DNA from: Phaeosaccion multiseriatum
Lineage: Eukaryota > Protista > Ochrophyta, other classes
DNA: 64,000 bases
Assembly: GCA_965112735.1 (NCBI GenBank)
Contig: OZ218951.1
Location: forward strand, 5,642,001 to 5,706,000
Reading direction: 5' to 3'
The notes beneath the pieces are model-generated. The model was not told the origin of the DNA, made no database searches, and saw only the letters and a list, made by a program, of their open reading frames with translations. Both the position numbers and the translations under genes were made by a program. This document shows, in pieces, positions 13,801 through 27,100 of the stretch. Positions within the stretch are counted from its first letter, which is position 1; the number at the start of each line of letters is the position of its first letter.

Positions 13801-14290
13801 CCTCATCATCCGCAGCAGGACGCTCGGCGGTGGCGACAGCGGAGGAGGAGGCCCCTGCTGCACCTGCTGCTGGGCCAATAGTTCGCGCCACGGCTGCGGC
13901 GAGCTCCCTCGCAATGACATCATCGTCCGCAATAGCGCGGAGGGCAAACGGAGATGCGACAGACCTACAAGAAAAAGGGAAAGAGCGGGAGGGAGGTTAT
14001 CACGGAAAAGAAAGAAGAGAGAGGGGAAAGGGGAAAGACGGAAAAAGAAGCAGACAAAGAGGGGCTTGAGGAGGAGGGTTTTACCTGCTCGCTCCTCTCT
14101 TGCTACTGCTGCTGCTGCCAAGGGTAGCCGGTGACGCCCCTCCCACACCCGCTGCGGGTAGAAAGGATCGCCCCACCGACTTGTGCGCCAGGCTGGCTCC
14201 CAATCCTCCAGGAGTAAAGCCCTCCGTCAAGGGCACGTAGTTAGCGCCCAGCAAGCCCAGCAGGCAGAGTAGACTGATTGAGGACGGCAT
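10847..14290 (-). CDS. Plastid-targeted protein with two DUF1415-like repeats; multi-exon
   Basis: In-frame exons 14290-14085, 13964-13749, 13457-12935, 12774-12670, 12247-11813, plus exons near 11200-10850. Presequence MPSSISLLCLLGLLGANYVPLTEG|FT. Repeated motifs 'DLEVYHPG...TPYPML' and 'DVEVFHPKY...RRSPYAMLQL'. Confidence 0.6.
11270..11790. repeat. Intronic minisatellite (~22-bp CCCCTCACCCCTCTGTCCTGACA unit with CCCCTCA heptamers)
   Basis: Directly visible tandem array. Confidence 0.95.
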
Positions 14291-14412
14291 TCTTCCCCTT
14301 TCTTTTTTTTTTTGCGCTGGCTGGGCCTTCTACACGTCAGTTTGGGTGCCAAGTTGGTGATATTGGTGATATATCTTTCCGCCTTCCTTCTCTGACTCTG
14401 CCTCTCGACACC

Positions 14413-15770
14413 ATGCAGAGGGCCTTTAGGAAGGAGGTAAGGTCCTATACTCTCCTCTGCTCCGATCTGCTTATCATCCACTCCCCGTCCCCCCCCCCCC
14501 CTCTATTTCTCACTCCCACTTTCACCCCCTCCCGCACTCTGGCGGTATTCCCATTCTTTTGGCAGGCCTCGCGACTGTATGAAGCCATGACCATTGATCA
14601 GAGCTTCCGAAGGGTTCAAGCAGCTGTGCGGGCCCTCGTCGCTAAGAACGGCGGGAGGAAGGCATGCTTGGACGAGTTGTTCTATTAGCCAACTGCCCTG
14701 AAAGAGAGGGAGGGGGAAGTATTGCTCTTTTGCTGCGAGAAGGGGCATCGCCGAATGCAAGGTCTTTGACGGGCCACACTCCATTGATGAGTTCATGTGA
14801 TACTGCGGATGCTGCTGTTGTACAGCAGCTTCTCTCTGCTGGTGCTGATATCCATGCAGAATCGAGAGACGGAAGGTCGGCTCTTATGGTTCGAGGGAGT
14901 TGAGGGAGTGTGGTGATGGTGGACATGCCGTGGTGCAGCAGCTGCTGTCGGCTGGGGCGGATCCCAACACTAAGAGAAGCACTGATGATGACCGAACCGC
15001 CTTGTTTTATCGCCGCACAAAACGGACACCACACAGTCACGCAGCTGCTGCTTATCTCCGGGGCAAACACGAATCATCCAGACATCTTCCAGGGTTCCCC
15101 GCTGTATGCTGCGAGCGAGCATGGTCATGGCATTGTGGTGGAGCAGCTCATCACAGCCGGTGCTGATCTCGAGAGGCGTAACTGTGAGCAAGGGAATACT
15201 GCGTTGATGCAAGCTTGTCGCAACGGGCACCGAAGTATTGTGCGAAAGCTACTCAGGGCTGGTGCAGAGGTGGATGCGATGAGTGGCGACGGGCTTACAG
15301 CGTTACACGGGCCGTGTGCACTGGGTAATGGTCGTGTCGTGCTGCTTACTGATTCTGGTCATGGGAGCTTCACACCTTTGTGTGCGGCTGCTAGCCGGGG
15401 CTATGGGGCAGTGATCCGTGTGCTCCTGTCTGCAGGGGCTGATCCTGACCATGATCCTGACCATGATTGCGATCGCTTTGGTGGAATGCTCTTGTTTATC
15501 GCGGCATTCAAGGGCCACAGCAGGGCGGCGCTGGAGCTGCTCTCGGGAGGGGCCTCACTGGCAAAGGCCCTGACAAAAGCACGAGCGCTCAACGATGGAA
15601 CCTGTGTCCAATTCCTCCTGGCCGCGGACAGGCATCACTTTGCGTCGCAAAGCGCGTTGGACCTGATGCGGGGCACCGACCGTCTCTTTGGCAAGGAAGG
15701 GAGGCTGAAGGTGTCGCAGAGAGAGCTCAGCCCTGAGGTGCTGCAAGAGGTGGCGGAGGAGATGGCGTGA
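14413..15770 (+). pseudogene. Ankyrin-repeat protein, copy 2 (several frameshifts/stops)
   Basis: Homologous to 8234-9942 (same first exon/intron, 'VQAAVRALVAKNGGRKACLDE', identical C-terminus) but broken near 14688, 14900 and 15000. Confidence 0.8.
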
Positions 15771-17224
15771 CGAGCTGTGTCGGGAGGGAAGACGGAGCGG
15801 CTATGGGTTGTTATGGGCTCGAGGTCGTCTCACAGCCAAGCACAAGGAAGAGCGGCAGCGAGCCGAGCACGACGGCGAGCAGGGGAGAATGGTTCTTGGG
15901 TGATTCCTATTAAGTCAATAAATTAATCCTCGGCGCCTCCAGCCCAAAGACGAGCCCTCTCACGGGGGGGGCGTTACCATTATGCCAAGGGGCAGGGGTG
16001 GAGGAGGTGCGGGGGGGAGGGTAGCAGCAGCAGCAGCAGCAGTAGCAGCAGCGGCTGGAGCAGGTAGGGGTAAGAGCAGAAGTAGTGGCCGTGGCGGTGG
16101 TGGCAGGAGTAGCAGGAGGCCGAGGAGGGCAGGGCTAGCAGCGAGGCAGGCAAGCCCATCTGGTGAGGCTAAAGGCGGTCGTTGACATCATTCGAAGGAG
16201 TATGGTATCACCGTTAAAACGTGGATAGCAGTCGCGGATTGCCACTCGTTCAACTTGTTCATTCCATTGCCACAAGGGACGACAAGCCGCGAGGAGGGAA
16301 GCGAGAGAGAGGCGTGCCTTACAGGACAAGTATGGAGGGGGTGAGGGGGTGACACAGCTCCGTTGACTTCAGTTCATTACACCTTAACCATAAACGATCC
16401 AACGACCCCAAATATCGATCTGCAATATCGACCTAACATCCCGAGAGGCGGGCGAAGGAGCGAACGGCACAAAATCGTGTCGCTTTCCCTCTCCACCCCC
16501 TCCCTGGAGGAACAGGCCTTCCTTGCTCGCTGCGCGAGAGCTTCCCTTGAGCCCCGAAGGTGCCAAGGAAGGTGGTACGTAATCTTAGGAAGGTGGTACG
16601 TAATCTTAGGGCCGTGAGGAGGGTTTGGCTGCTCTTCAAGGTCTTCTCATAGGACCCTCCGGCATCGAACGGAAGGCAGGCCGAGTGAGCGCAAGGCTCC
16701 GGCCTCTCCATGCATGCGTTTGACTGCTGAGCACCGACTCGCTCGCACCGGCAACCAAAGCTGTCTCCGTCTGCCTCAGGAGGGGGCGGCAAGGAGCGGC
16801 ACTTGCTCTCCCTACCCTCCGATGGCCCAGGCCCAGCCAGGCGCGAGAGTGTCTGAAGACAAGCCCTAGCAGGTGGAGTCCTCCCCATTCGAGCGCCAGT
16901 TGTGACTGTGCTCTACAGCTGGTGTATGTGTGTGTGCGTGTGGCTGAAGCGGGGCTGGTGCAAAAGGGCCTCTCTCCCTAGGCCCGCCACGTAGCGCCCC
17001 AGCCCCTGACCAGCCGCAGATGGCAGCAGACGGCAGTACGCCCTCCCTCCTGAGCCGTGTGGGGTCTGCCTGAGCCCCACCCCTCCCGCCTCGCTCGACG
17101 CCATACAGGGGATGGGGGGGGGGGCTTTCGATCGGACTCACTCTTAAAGAGAGTGGCCCCTTGCCATCTCTTGTCCCTTGCCTTCTCCGTCCGTCCCGCA
17201 ACACTCTGAGTCAGCAGAAGTGAG

Positions 17225-18410
17225 TCACTGGGGTCCTGACACCGTCACCGCAGCGGCCCCGTCGTCCCCTCCGTCCCCGCTCTCTGCGAGCCCCTGATAA
17301 AAAGCACGCACGTCCCGCTGCTCGAAAAGACGCTTGCGGACCTTCCTTTTGCCGAGCATATCCGCTTGCACCTGCAGAGCAACAGTAACAGACGTATGGG
17401 CACATGGGAAGGGAGGCGAGGGGGACACAGGGAGAATACTGAATGAGAGGCGCGAGGCAACAAGTCTCCACTTTCCCTCCCTCCCTGCCTGACTGTCTGT
17501 CTGTCTGCCTGCCTGCCGGACTGCCTGCCTGCCTGCCTGCCTGCCTGCCAATTTCTTCTTCCTCTCCTCTTTCTTGGCGGCCCAAAGAGTACGAAGTAGA
17601 GCCAATGTCTTTCACTATCCCCCCTCCCTCCCCCCCTCCCTCCCTCCCCTCCTCCCCATTACACGTATGACCTACCTGCTTGGGCGTAGCGCCTTCCTCC
17701 TTGGCGAGCAACCACGCCATAACCAGGGCCGCCGACCGTCCGTGACCGGCCTTACAGTGCACTAGCACCTTGCCCCTCCCAGCCTGGCCCTTGCTGTGGG
17801 CATCGTTGTCAGGACCGACCCCGTTCTTGCTCTTGGTCAGCTGTTTCTTGCTCTGCTTCTTGCTCTGCTTGCGCTCGAAGTCCTCAATGAAGGCCACGCC
17901 TCTCTGCAGGTCCTCCACGGAGGGCTCTGGAGAGAGAGAGGGGGGGGGTGATGGGGTGGAGGTGTCCGAGTCGAGGGGTGAGGGGTGAGGGGTGAGGGGT
18001 GAGGGGTTCAGGAGGAGAGCAGGTATATGGGAGCACCCACCAGTGTGGTCCAGTGTAGGCAGCCACAGCTGCTCGATGCCCACCTCCTGGTACTGCTGCA
18101 CTGGCCCCTCGTACTCCGCACACAGGTTGACGACTGCCCCTATACCTAGATGCTGCAGCATCCCCACGTGCCCGAGCACGCTCAGAGGGGCGGCCCCGAG
18201 ATACACGGACTCGTCCATCTGCGTCCAGTAATTGTCCCACCTGAGGGGCAGGGGGCGTTGCGCATGTGGGTGGGTGGGTGGGTGCGTGTGTGTGCGAATC
18301 AGGCTCGGGTCTCAGTCCAGCCTCCCCGTGGAGGGGCGGGGCCGAGGTCGTCAAGTCTCCCAAGCCACGCACGTGTAGAGAGGGCGAGCATGCGAGAGAG
18401 AGAGGGAGAG

Positions 18411-18485
<75 letters not shown>

Positions 18486-18719
18486 ATGTGCACTGTACAC
18501 GGACCTTGAGACTATGGTGAAGGGCATGGTGGGCCAGAAGTACACCTTGGCGGCCACTCGGGCCACAGGGGGAGGAAGCATTCTCTTCTGGAACATGACA
18601 TACCCGGTGACAAAGGTTACGCCGAGGCACCACGCCGCCAGGCTAGCCATGGAGGCCCCTACATCTGGCCCGTTCTCAGGGCCTCCCCGCGCAGGGAAGA
18701 GCCACCCGCCTGGCCTCAT
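17225..18719 (-). CDS. Dual-specificity phosphatase, PTPMT1-like (phosphatidylglycerophosphatase); multi-exon
   Basis: 'VAAKVYFWPTMPF', 'DESVYLGAAP', 'VVNLCAEYEG', 'LPTLDHT-EPS' and the catalytic 'VLVHCKAGHGRSA'. Confidence 0.85.
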
Positions 18720-19123
18720 TTTGTTGGGTTTTTCTTCTTTGTGGTCTCAAACCAACTCGTCAGGCCCTGTAGACTCGCCGGTGCTCCATCGCCTGCCTCC
18801 TTCCTCCCCCTCCTCCTGCCTCTCTCTCCGATTATGTCAATAAATTTAATCTGCGGCATTTTTTCAAATTTCCGACCCCTTCTTCCCCTCTTCTCCTCTC
18901 CTCTTCCTCCATCACTGACTTGTGTTGCCTGAGGCGTGCCCTATAATCACCATCATCAGAAGGAGAAGTGGAAGGAGTCGAAGGAGTAGTAGCAGCAGAA
19001 GAAAGGAGTCCTATCGCTTCTACAGGGGAAAACGAGAGGCGACTACCAAATCAAGGAAGCATCACCGAGTTGTGAGTGCTCACCATCCCCTCAACAGAGG
19101 GAGGAGGGTAGCATCGGGCCGCC

Positions 19124-20654
19124 ATGTTCATCAAGAAGGACGCCCGGAAGATCACGGAGATCTTGGCGGACGACAGCGACCCCCGAGAGGAGCTACGTCT
19201 GGGGAGACGAAGCTCCGAGTTCCGCGGCGAGGTCAAGGCGCTCATCTCGTCGCGCACGCTCCCACGCCTGCAGAAGCTGAAGCGGTTGTCCGTGTATGAC
19301 AACAACATCAGCTCCGTGCGGGGCCTGGGGCTACTGGCGGGCACTCCGCTGGAAGAGCTGAGCCTGGGCAAGAACGAGCTCACCTCACTACACGCTGGGG
19401 TGGGCAAGCTGGTGCGGTTGCAGCGCCTGTGGGCAGACGACAACGCCCTGCAGGAGTTCCCTGCTTGCTTGCTGGAGCTGAGGGCCCTGCAGGTCAGCCA
19501 GGGGCGATGGGTGGTGGGACGGAGCTTGATCGGGGCTCGGTGGTCGGGGACAGATGGGTACAAGCAGGCCAGAGACACAGGATTTCGTTTGGTACTCCTC
19601 CCCTCCACACTCACTCCTTCACCCCCCCCCCTCTTTGTCGCTGCTGTCAATACGCTCTGCAGGAGCTCCGACTGACCGGCAATCGCATCCCCTCCCTGCC
19701 CACGCGCATCGGTGACAGCGGGCTGAAGGGCCTCCGGGTCCTGGCCGTGGACAACAACAACTTGCAGGTGCGTGCGTACATGTGTTTGTGTGCGTGCGTG
19801 CGGGCGTGCGGGCGTGCGTGCGTGTGTGTGTGTGTGTGTCTGCCTGGTGTGCGGCAAACAACAGTCACCTTCAACAACCTCTTGCCGACCTTGGCTTCCT
19901 CTCGGGCCACACACACACCACTTTACGACCACCAGTCACCCACCCCACTTCCCCTCACACCCTTGTACTTACCGTTATGCCTGCCTATCCACCTCCCTAC
20001 CCACCTGCCTACCCTCCGGTGCCCTCCCCTGCCCTCGCCTCCCAGGAGCTACCCGAGTCATTGGGGCAGCTGACAGAATTGCGCTCTCTCCTCCTGCGCC
20101 AAAACGAGCTCCGCTGCCTCCCCTCCTCCCTGGGCGGTCTCAAGCAGCTCACACTCCTGTCGGTGAGCAGCAACAAGCTCAAAGAGTTGCCTCCATGCTG
20201 TGCAGAGCTCACTGCCCTAGAGACACTCTACGCCAACGGCAACGACATCGCCCTCCTGGCTAGTGGGGTGTCCAGCCTACCCGCTCTAAGGAAGGTGAAC
20301 TTGGCCAACAACCACGTGTCTGTGTTGCCGAAGGAGTGGGTGCGTGCGTTCGGGGAGGTGGGGCCGCAGTCATCGGGGGGAAGCAGCACCATGGGGGGAG
20401 ATAGGGAGGGCTGTGTGCTGAACCTACTCGGCAACCCCATCATGCAGGCGCAGCAGCAAGACAAGGAGAAGGGGAAGATCAAGCAGGGGGGAGAGGAGGA
20501 GGCGCAGGAGGAGGAGGAGGAGGAGGAGGAGGAGGAGCAGGAAGAGGGAGAGGAGGCGCAACCAGAGGGCGCGAAGGAGGATAGACTGAGGGGAGCAGGG
20601 GCAGGGGCGCCATTAGACAGGCCCGGGGCAAGGATGGAGGTAGAAGCGGAGTGA
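19124..20654 (+). CDS. Leucine-rich repeat protein (exons 19124-19492, 19663-19767, 20046-20654)
   Basis: LxxLxLxxNxLxxLP repeats across three in-frame exons; acidic tail. Confidence 0.85.
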
Positions 20655-21212
20655 GTCCAGTGCAGGGTGTCAGGACAGGGTTTGTGGGCCTGTGGGGCAT
20701 TCGATTCGGTTATGATTGAGTCTCGGGTAGGCGCAAGGGGCCTAATAGATGTGTATCCTTAGCCCCCCTTGGTAGGCGGGGAAGGGTGGGAGGGGACGGG
20801 CATATGGGCAAGGAGTGTGCTGCTTCCCTCCGTCCCTTCTCACCCATGCCTTGCCGCTCGCAAACACTCACACACTGTACATACAGCACGCTTGAGACCC
20901 TCCTCTTCCTTCATTCACAGACGGAACGCAAGCAGCGGCAGCATTGCATAGGCCAGGGCCAGGCTCGCGCGACGCTCTTGTTTCTCTGCGCTGCCTCTCT
21001 GCTCTCTCTCTTCTCTTACAGAGAAACCGATCGATCCATTTCTCATTTCACATTACTCTCCTTTTTTTCTACACATATTCACACGAAGAGGACGACGCGT
21101 CCATCCGTCAGTCTGTCAGTCAGTCCGTTAATCAGTCGGTCCGTCCCGTCAGTCAGTCAGTCAGTCAGCCGACCAGCTCATCAGCCAGCCAATCAATACG
21201 CCAATCACGCAA

Positions 21213-24085
21213 TCAGCCAGCCTTCTCCTTAGCTCCTGTCTGCCCCTCTGTTGCCATCCTCCTCCGTAGCTCTTGCCTGCCCCTCTCCACGCCCTCGCTC
21301 TGCACCACGGCCTCAGTGCTCAGGTACAAGCTCAGCCTCTCCTCCCCCCGCCCCTGTGCGCAGCTGTGAGCCGCCAAAAGCTGAAGCCTGTCCGCCCCTC
21401 CTCGCCGCCCCACGATCATGTCGAAGCACTGCCGCTGCGCCCACGACGGAGAAGGAGGAGGAGCACCAGCAGGGGCGGAGGACTTCACCTCGCCCTCGCC
21501 TTCCCCCTCCCACTCCCCCCCCCCCTGCACCTCCTCCTCCACCTCGGGCCCACTCGCCTCTCCGCCGCCAGTCGTCCCATCCCTCCTTCCTGAGCCCTTT
21601 CCCTTCCCACCGCTGAAGAGAAAGCTCGAGAGGTGGTGTGAGGCCACGCCGAACATCGCTCCTCCGTCCTCCTCGCGCTCCCCGCAGAAGGAGGGGTGTG
21701 CGAGGGCCCTCTCGTATGCTTCCAGCATGGCCGTACTGGTGTCCGCCGGCTCGCACAGCTGACGACGAAGACGCTCATGCTCAAACTCCTCCCTCGTGCT
21801 CCCCTTCCTTCCACTGCCATCCTGTGGCCCTGTCCCCCAATGCAGCAGCTTGAGCATGCCAACTCTGCCCAGCTCCGTCCACACGAGGGCCCTCGCCTCG
21901 GTGGGGAAGCCAGTCCTTAGCAGCAAACGGAGCGCGAGGGCGAAGGCGGGGTGTGCGAATGAGTCGCCTAAAAAGGTTCCGACGAGATCGGACACGAAGC
22001 TCAGTAGGGCGCGGCTCTCGACGCTCTCCCGAGGGGGCCTGCGAGCTTGCACGTTGACTGCCATCTTCTCCCTGCTGGCCTCCATCGCCTTCGCCAGGGG
22101 GTCCGCAGTGGCGGCGGAGGAGGAGGCGTGCATGCGGCCTACCTCGCGAAGGAGCGCTGCCTCCACCCCGGGGGGGGTGCCCTCACACTGCCTTACGTAA
22201 CAGCCGAAGAGCTCCTCGAAGGCCTCCCCTACCCCAGGGGTGGCCATGACCCCGCCCCCGAACAAACACACGTTGAGCAGATAGTACAGCTTCGTCGCGG
22301 GCGGCACCACAGGCCCCACTGGGCGGCCCTCCCCCATCCACTGCCATCCTCCCTCTTCCCCATACGCCTCTTTTCGCCCCTGCCCCGCCTGGAGCTCTGC
22401 CTCTTGCCTTTGGCGCCTTTGGTCCTCCTCTCCCTTCTCCCCCTCCTCGCCGTCCTCTGCCTCCACCTTCTCCCACTCTTCCTCCTCCATCTCTGTCTCC
22501 GTCTGCGCCCCCCCTTCAGGTGTCTCTCCCTCTCCCTCTCCCCCCTGCCCCTCCTCCTCCTCCTCCTCCTCCTTCTCCCCCTCTTCTTCTTCCTTGCCTC
22601 CCAACACCCGCCCAACCACATACGGACTGGACTGCCTCTCCAAGCAAAGCAGAAATTCCAAACACGCCGACACCACCCTACTACTCGCACCCTCCCCGCC
22701 TTGACTGCCAAGAGGCAGCAGCAGCCAGTGGGCCGGCAGAGGCAGCAGAGTGGCCGTGCCCACCAGCCGGGCAGAGCAACTCAGCAGCCCTGCCGAGTCG
22801 CCTCCCCTCAGTGCCCTTGAGTGTCGGAGCGCCCCCTCGTCGCACACGGCGTTGGTAAGCACGCTGCGCAACACCCCTCTACGCTCTCGAAGGGAAGAAG
22901 CCTCCGCCACTCCAACAGGAGAAGCCTCGCCAGCCGCAGTCTCTTGACCTTGACCTTGACCTTCCCTTGGACCTTGACCTTGATCTTCGCCGTTACCGCG
23001 GGGCGACGAAGAATCCACTCCCACCGGCCCCTTCTCGGCCCCTTTCCCATATGCCTCTACTTGCCCCTCCTCCTCCTCCTCCTCCTCCTCCTCCTCCTCC
23101 TCCTCCTCCAGCCCCCATGCGATGGCCTGCACGGCGAGGGCCTCGTCTCCCCACCCGCACAGCGGCACGAGAGTAAGGGGGTAGGCTCTCAGCAAGGGGC
23201 GCCAGTCGAGCAGCAGCGAAGACTGCTCCGGGGCCGCGATGGCAGCAGACGGGTGGGCAGAGGCCGCCGCCAACGCTCGGCGTAAGAGAACACACGCGTG
23301 GAAGTGGAGCAGGCACAGCTGGCGCCGGAGGAGGGCACCAAGCGGCGTCTGAACAACAACCTCCTCACTTTGCTCACTGCCATCTGTGACTATGCTGCTA
23401 CTGCCACTGCCCATATGAGTGCTGCCTAGCTGTGAGTCGCCTTGTCGCCCTGTCTGCCGCTCTTGCTGCTGCTGCTGCTGCTGCCCCTGCTGCTCCAGCA
23501 AGCTGAGGGGCAGTTCAAGCAGGAGCCGAAGTGGGCCAGCCTTGGTGGACAGGAAGCGGAGCAGCACCTCCCCGTCCAGACAGTCACCAGCGGTGAGCAC
23601 CACGCACAGCCTCAGCAGCCCCGCCAGCCAGTCCGCCGCAGAAACCCTCTCCTCTGCCCCCTCTCCTCCTCCTCCCCCAGACAGCGGCCGGCTGTGAGGA
23701 GCCTCCGACAGCGCCCGCAGAGGGCCCTCCAGGGCGGCCACAGCCACCGCGAGGAGTGAAGTAGAGCCCTTTTCTTGCCCCCCCGGGGGGCCCAGCAGCG
23801 CGAGGGCCACTGACGCGGCGTCTTCGGATAGCAGCATCTGCATCTCCGGCCCTGATCCCGACCCCAGGTAGTGGCTCCTCTTCTCCAGCCCAGTGGCAAG
23901 GAGGTGCAGCAGTGGGGCCTGCCTCTCCAGCCTCTCCAGGGGGGGCTCTCCCGGGGGGGCGGACGAGCACTCTTCCATGAGCTGCGAGCACGCTGCGTGC
24001 ACCATCGCGTGCACACGGACCCCGATGGCCTGCAGGGCTGACGCCTGGCCCTGCTCTTCCTGCGAATGCCTCTCTTGCCCCTGCC

Positions 24086-24120
<35 letters not shown>

Positions 24121-27100
24121 GAGTGCGTGTGCGTGTGCGCCCCCCCCGCCGTCGGCACGCACGCCCTCGCCAGTCTCTCCAGAGCGCGGAGGCTGATCGC
24201 TCCCAAGGGTCCCCTCCAGGTGAGCTGCCAGTGCCAAGAGAGGGACTCCGCGCCCCCCACCCCTACCCCTCTGTCCTCCTCACCCTCCACCTGCTGCTGC
24301 TGCTGCTGCTGCTGCATCACCAACTGCTGCGGGAGCAAAGGCAGCAACACCTCCGCCGCCAGCACGTTAACGCCATAGCAGAGGCAAACGCGCCACAGCA
24401 GAAGCACCTCTCGCTGAACACGCCGCAGCTCGCCTCCTCCTCCTCCTCCTCCTCCTCCTCCTCCTCCTCCTCCTCCCTTCAGCGCCATGAATCCGTTGAC
24501 CGTGTCGAGCAGAGAGGCGTGTCCTCCGCCCCCGCTGCCAGCTCGAGCGAGATGCATGGCCACGCTCCTCCCGCCGCTCTCGCACATGACCCGCAATAGA
24601 CGCACCGCGCACACACAAGGCGAGGTCTCGCTCTTGCTGTTCCTCCTACTTGCCCTCTCTCCATCTCTGTGCCCTCTTCCCCCTCCTCCTCCTCCTTCTC
24701 CTCCTGCTCCTGCTCCTGCTCCTGCTGCTGCTGCTACTGCTACTGCTGCTGAGGTATCATCTTCTACTCCTGACGAGGAAGCTGCTGCTCCCCTGTCACC
24801 GCTGCCAAGGCTAACGGGAAGCGCTCCATCGTCCCCCGGCTCCAAACAAGCCCTCGCCACCGCTCGCAGCACCCCCGGCGCACGCACCAGCAGCTCCGCA
24901 CACCCCTTACTCCTCCTCGCCACCGCAGTAAGGATACGCAGACACGCGAGCAATTCGCGCGGGTCCTGATGACGAGGGGAGGGGCCTCTCCCCAGCAGAT
25001 ACTTGAGACGCGGCAGCAGAGACAGGCCCAATAGCCCACGAACCGGGTCCGCGTAGCATGTCTCCTGCGCATCTCGCCCCCCCCCCGTCTCCTCCTCCTG
25101 CTCGGTCGCCTCCGCCTTTGTCCCGGCTGTATCACCAACTGCCTCGCCTGCCTCGGTCAGGTCCACTCGGCGCTCCCACCTTCCCTCCTCCTTGGCGTCT
25201 TCGTCATCCACATTGACGAGTCCCTTCTCCTCCATCTGTGAGCAAAGGGGCCTGACTGTGGCTCTGCCGATGACCTCGTGCCCCACCCAGCTCCTCTCGG
25301 CGGCGCTGGCCCTCTTCAGGCGTGTGTGTGTGTGGGGGGGGGGGGGGGGGATAGAGTTAGAGGCAGAATAGAGCTAGCTAGAGGCGTATGGGCAGGACGT
25401 TACTCACTACCATCCCCTTCGCTGCCTTCTCTCATCCATCCACTGCCATCCCCACCCCCATCCACTGCCATTTCCATCCCGTCCCTCGCCCCACCTCGTC
25501 TTCGAAGAGCCCCCCGGGGGCCAAGAAAGCCTCCAAGCCGAGGAGTGCCATGGCCACAATCCGAGGGCTCGAGTCATCCAAACATATGCGTAGGGCGAGT
25601 GGAAGGGCACGGGGAAGAGAGGGATGTGGCGGCGATCGACCGTGCAACACGTCGGCCCTCCTCCTGAGCATGAGGCCCGTCACAGCGCGGAGTCCCACCT
25701 GTCTCTGCCCCGTGACGCTGCTCCTGCACAGCTCCAGAAGTTCTGTGGTGGCGGGTGGGTCGGTCGATGGAATGACGGACGGAATGGAATGGAATGGAAC
25801 GGAGGGGGGTGGAGAGGATAGGACGGGGGTCGGGGGACGGAGTGGGCAAAGGGTCAGAGGAACGAACAACATCAGAATATGTACGTGGGAACGTCTTGCT
25901 TCGTTGGCCGTAGGCCACATACACTAGAGGGACACATCACAGGGCACTTAACACCTACGGGGACTCATACACCCCCCCCCCCCTCCCGGGCCTGCCTGCC
26001 CCCTGAGCTCACTAACCTGTAGGTGTGTAGCCCGGCTCGTGCCGCTGCTGGCCCGAGTGGTGATACAGCTCAACGCCAGCTGTAACCTGACCCTGAGCCT
26101 GCCCCCCCCCTGGCGGGGGTCGGGCCTCTGCAGCGCGGCCCACCACTGCGCCAGACAAGTCCACTCTAACCTCCTGGGCCGCCTTCGCCTTCGCCGTAGC
26201 CTTGGTCTTACCAGCCCCTACCCCACCGCCAACACCCACACCAGAGTCTCCTGCGCCTCCTCCTTCCGTCGTCCACGCGAGCTTGCGCCGCTCCTCTACG
26301 GGAAGTCCCTCCACGGCGCTGCTCAGTGCGGCCAAAGTGCCGATACCTCCCAGAGCCGCCGTGTAGCGCTGCACATTCGTGGGACCACAGAACAACGCGT
26401 CGCCCCCGCCCCCGCCCCCGTCTCCGCCCCCGTCCCCATCCCCGCCCGACCATTTGCTGCCATCCGCATACTGACCCTGGCCGTCTACCCCACCACGACC
26501 AGTTGGTGGTACACAACTATTATGGTGGTCTTGCTCCTCTCCGCCGTCGTCCAACCCCCCCTCCTCCTGCTGCTGCTTCTGCTGCTTCTTCCGGCCTCTG
26601 CTCCTGAGCGTGTCCAGCAGGGCCGGTGAGAGTCGTGCGGCGAGCTCTCGCTGCGCTTCCAAGATGTCTTGCTCGCTCATGGCTGCCAGGGCCTGGTCGC
26701 TCGCCGCCCCGATGCCGTCAGGGTCGAGGTCAGGGCCAGAGCCAGAGCCAGGTCCAGGTCCAGGTCCAGGGTCGGAGCGGCGCGGCGATGGCCGCCCTGA
26801 TGCCCCCGAGCCGAGCTGGCTGCCTTCACTGCGGCGCACAGCAGCAGGAAAGCCTCCGAGGGGCAACAAGGACTTGGCATGGCCCCGTGACGTGCCACCG
26901 TTCCCTCCTTCCCTCTCGAGTACTTGGTCGCCCATCACAGCAGCCGGTGCGGTGGCTTGGTCCTGCTCCTTGTGTCCCTCAGGAAGAGAGGTCCCCTTCG
27001 TGGCATGAGCATCGTCGCCCCTGCTGGTGGCACTGCCGCTGCTGCTGCTGCTGCTGCCAAGGCGCCGTTTAAAGGCGCTGGGACCCTTGCCCTCCCCAAG

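Noticed and set aside
16330-17200. Short ORFs and a 21-bp tandem duplication (16568-16610)
   Set aside because: No recognisable domain or consistent splice structure.
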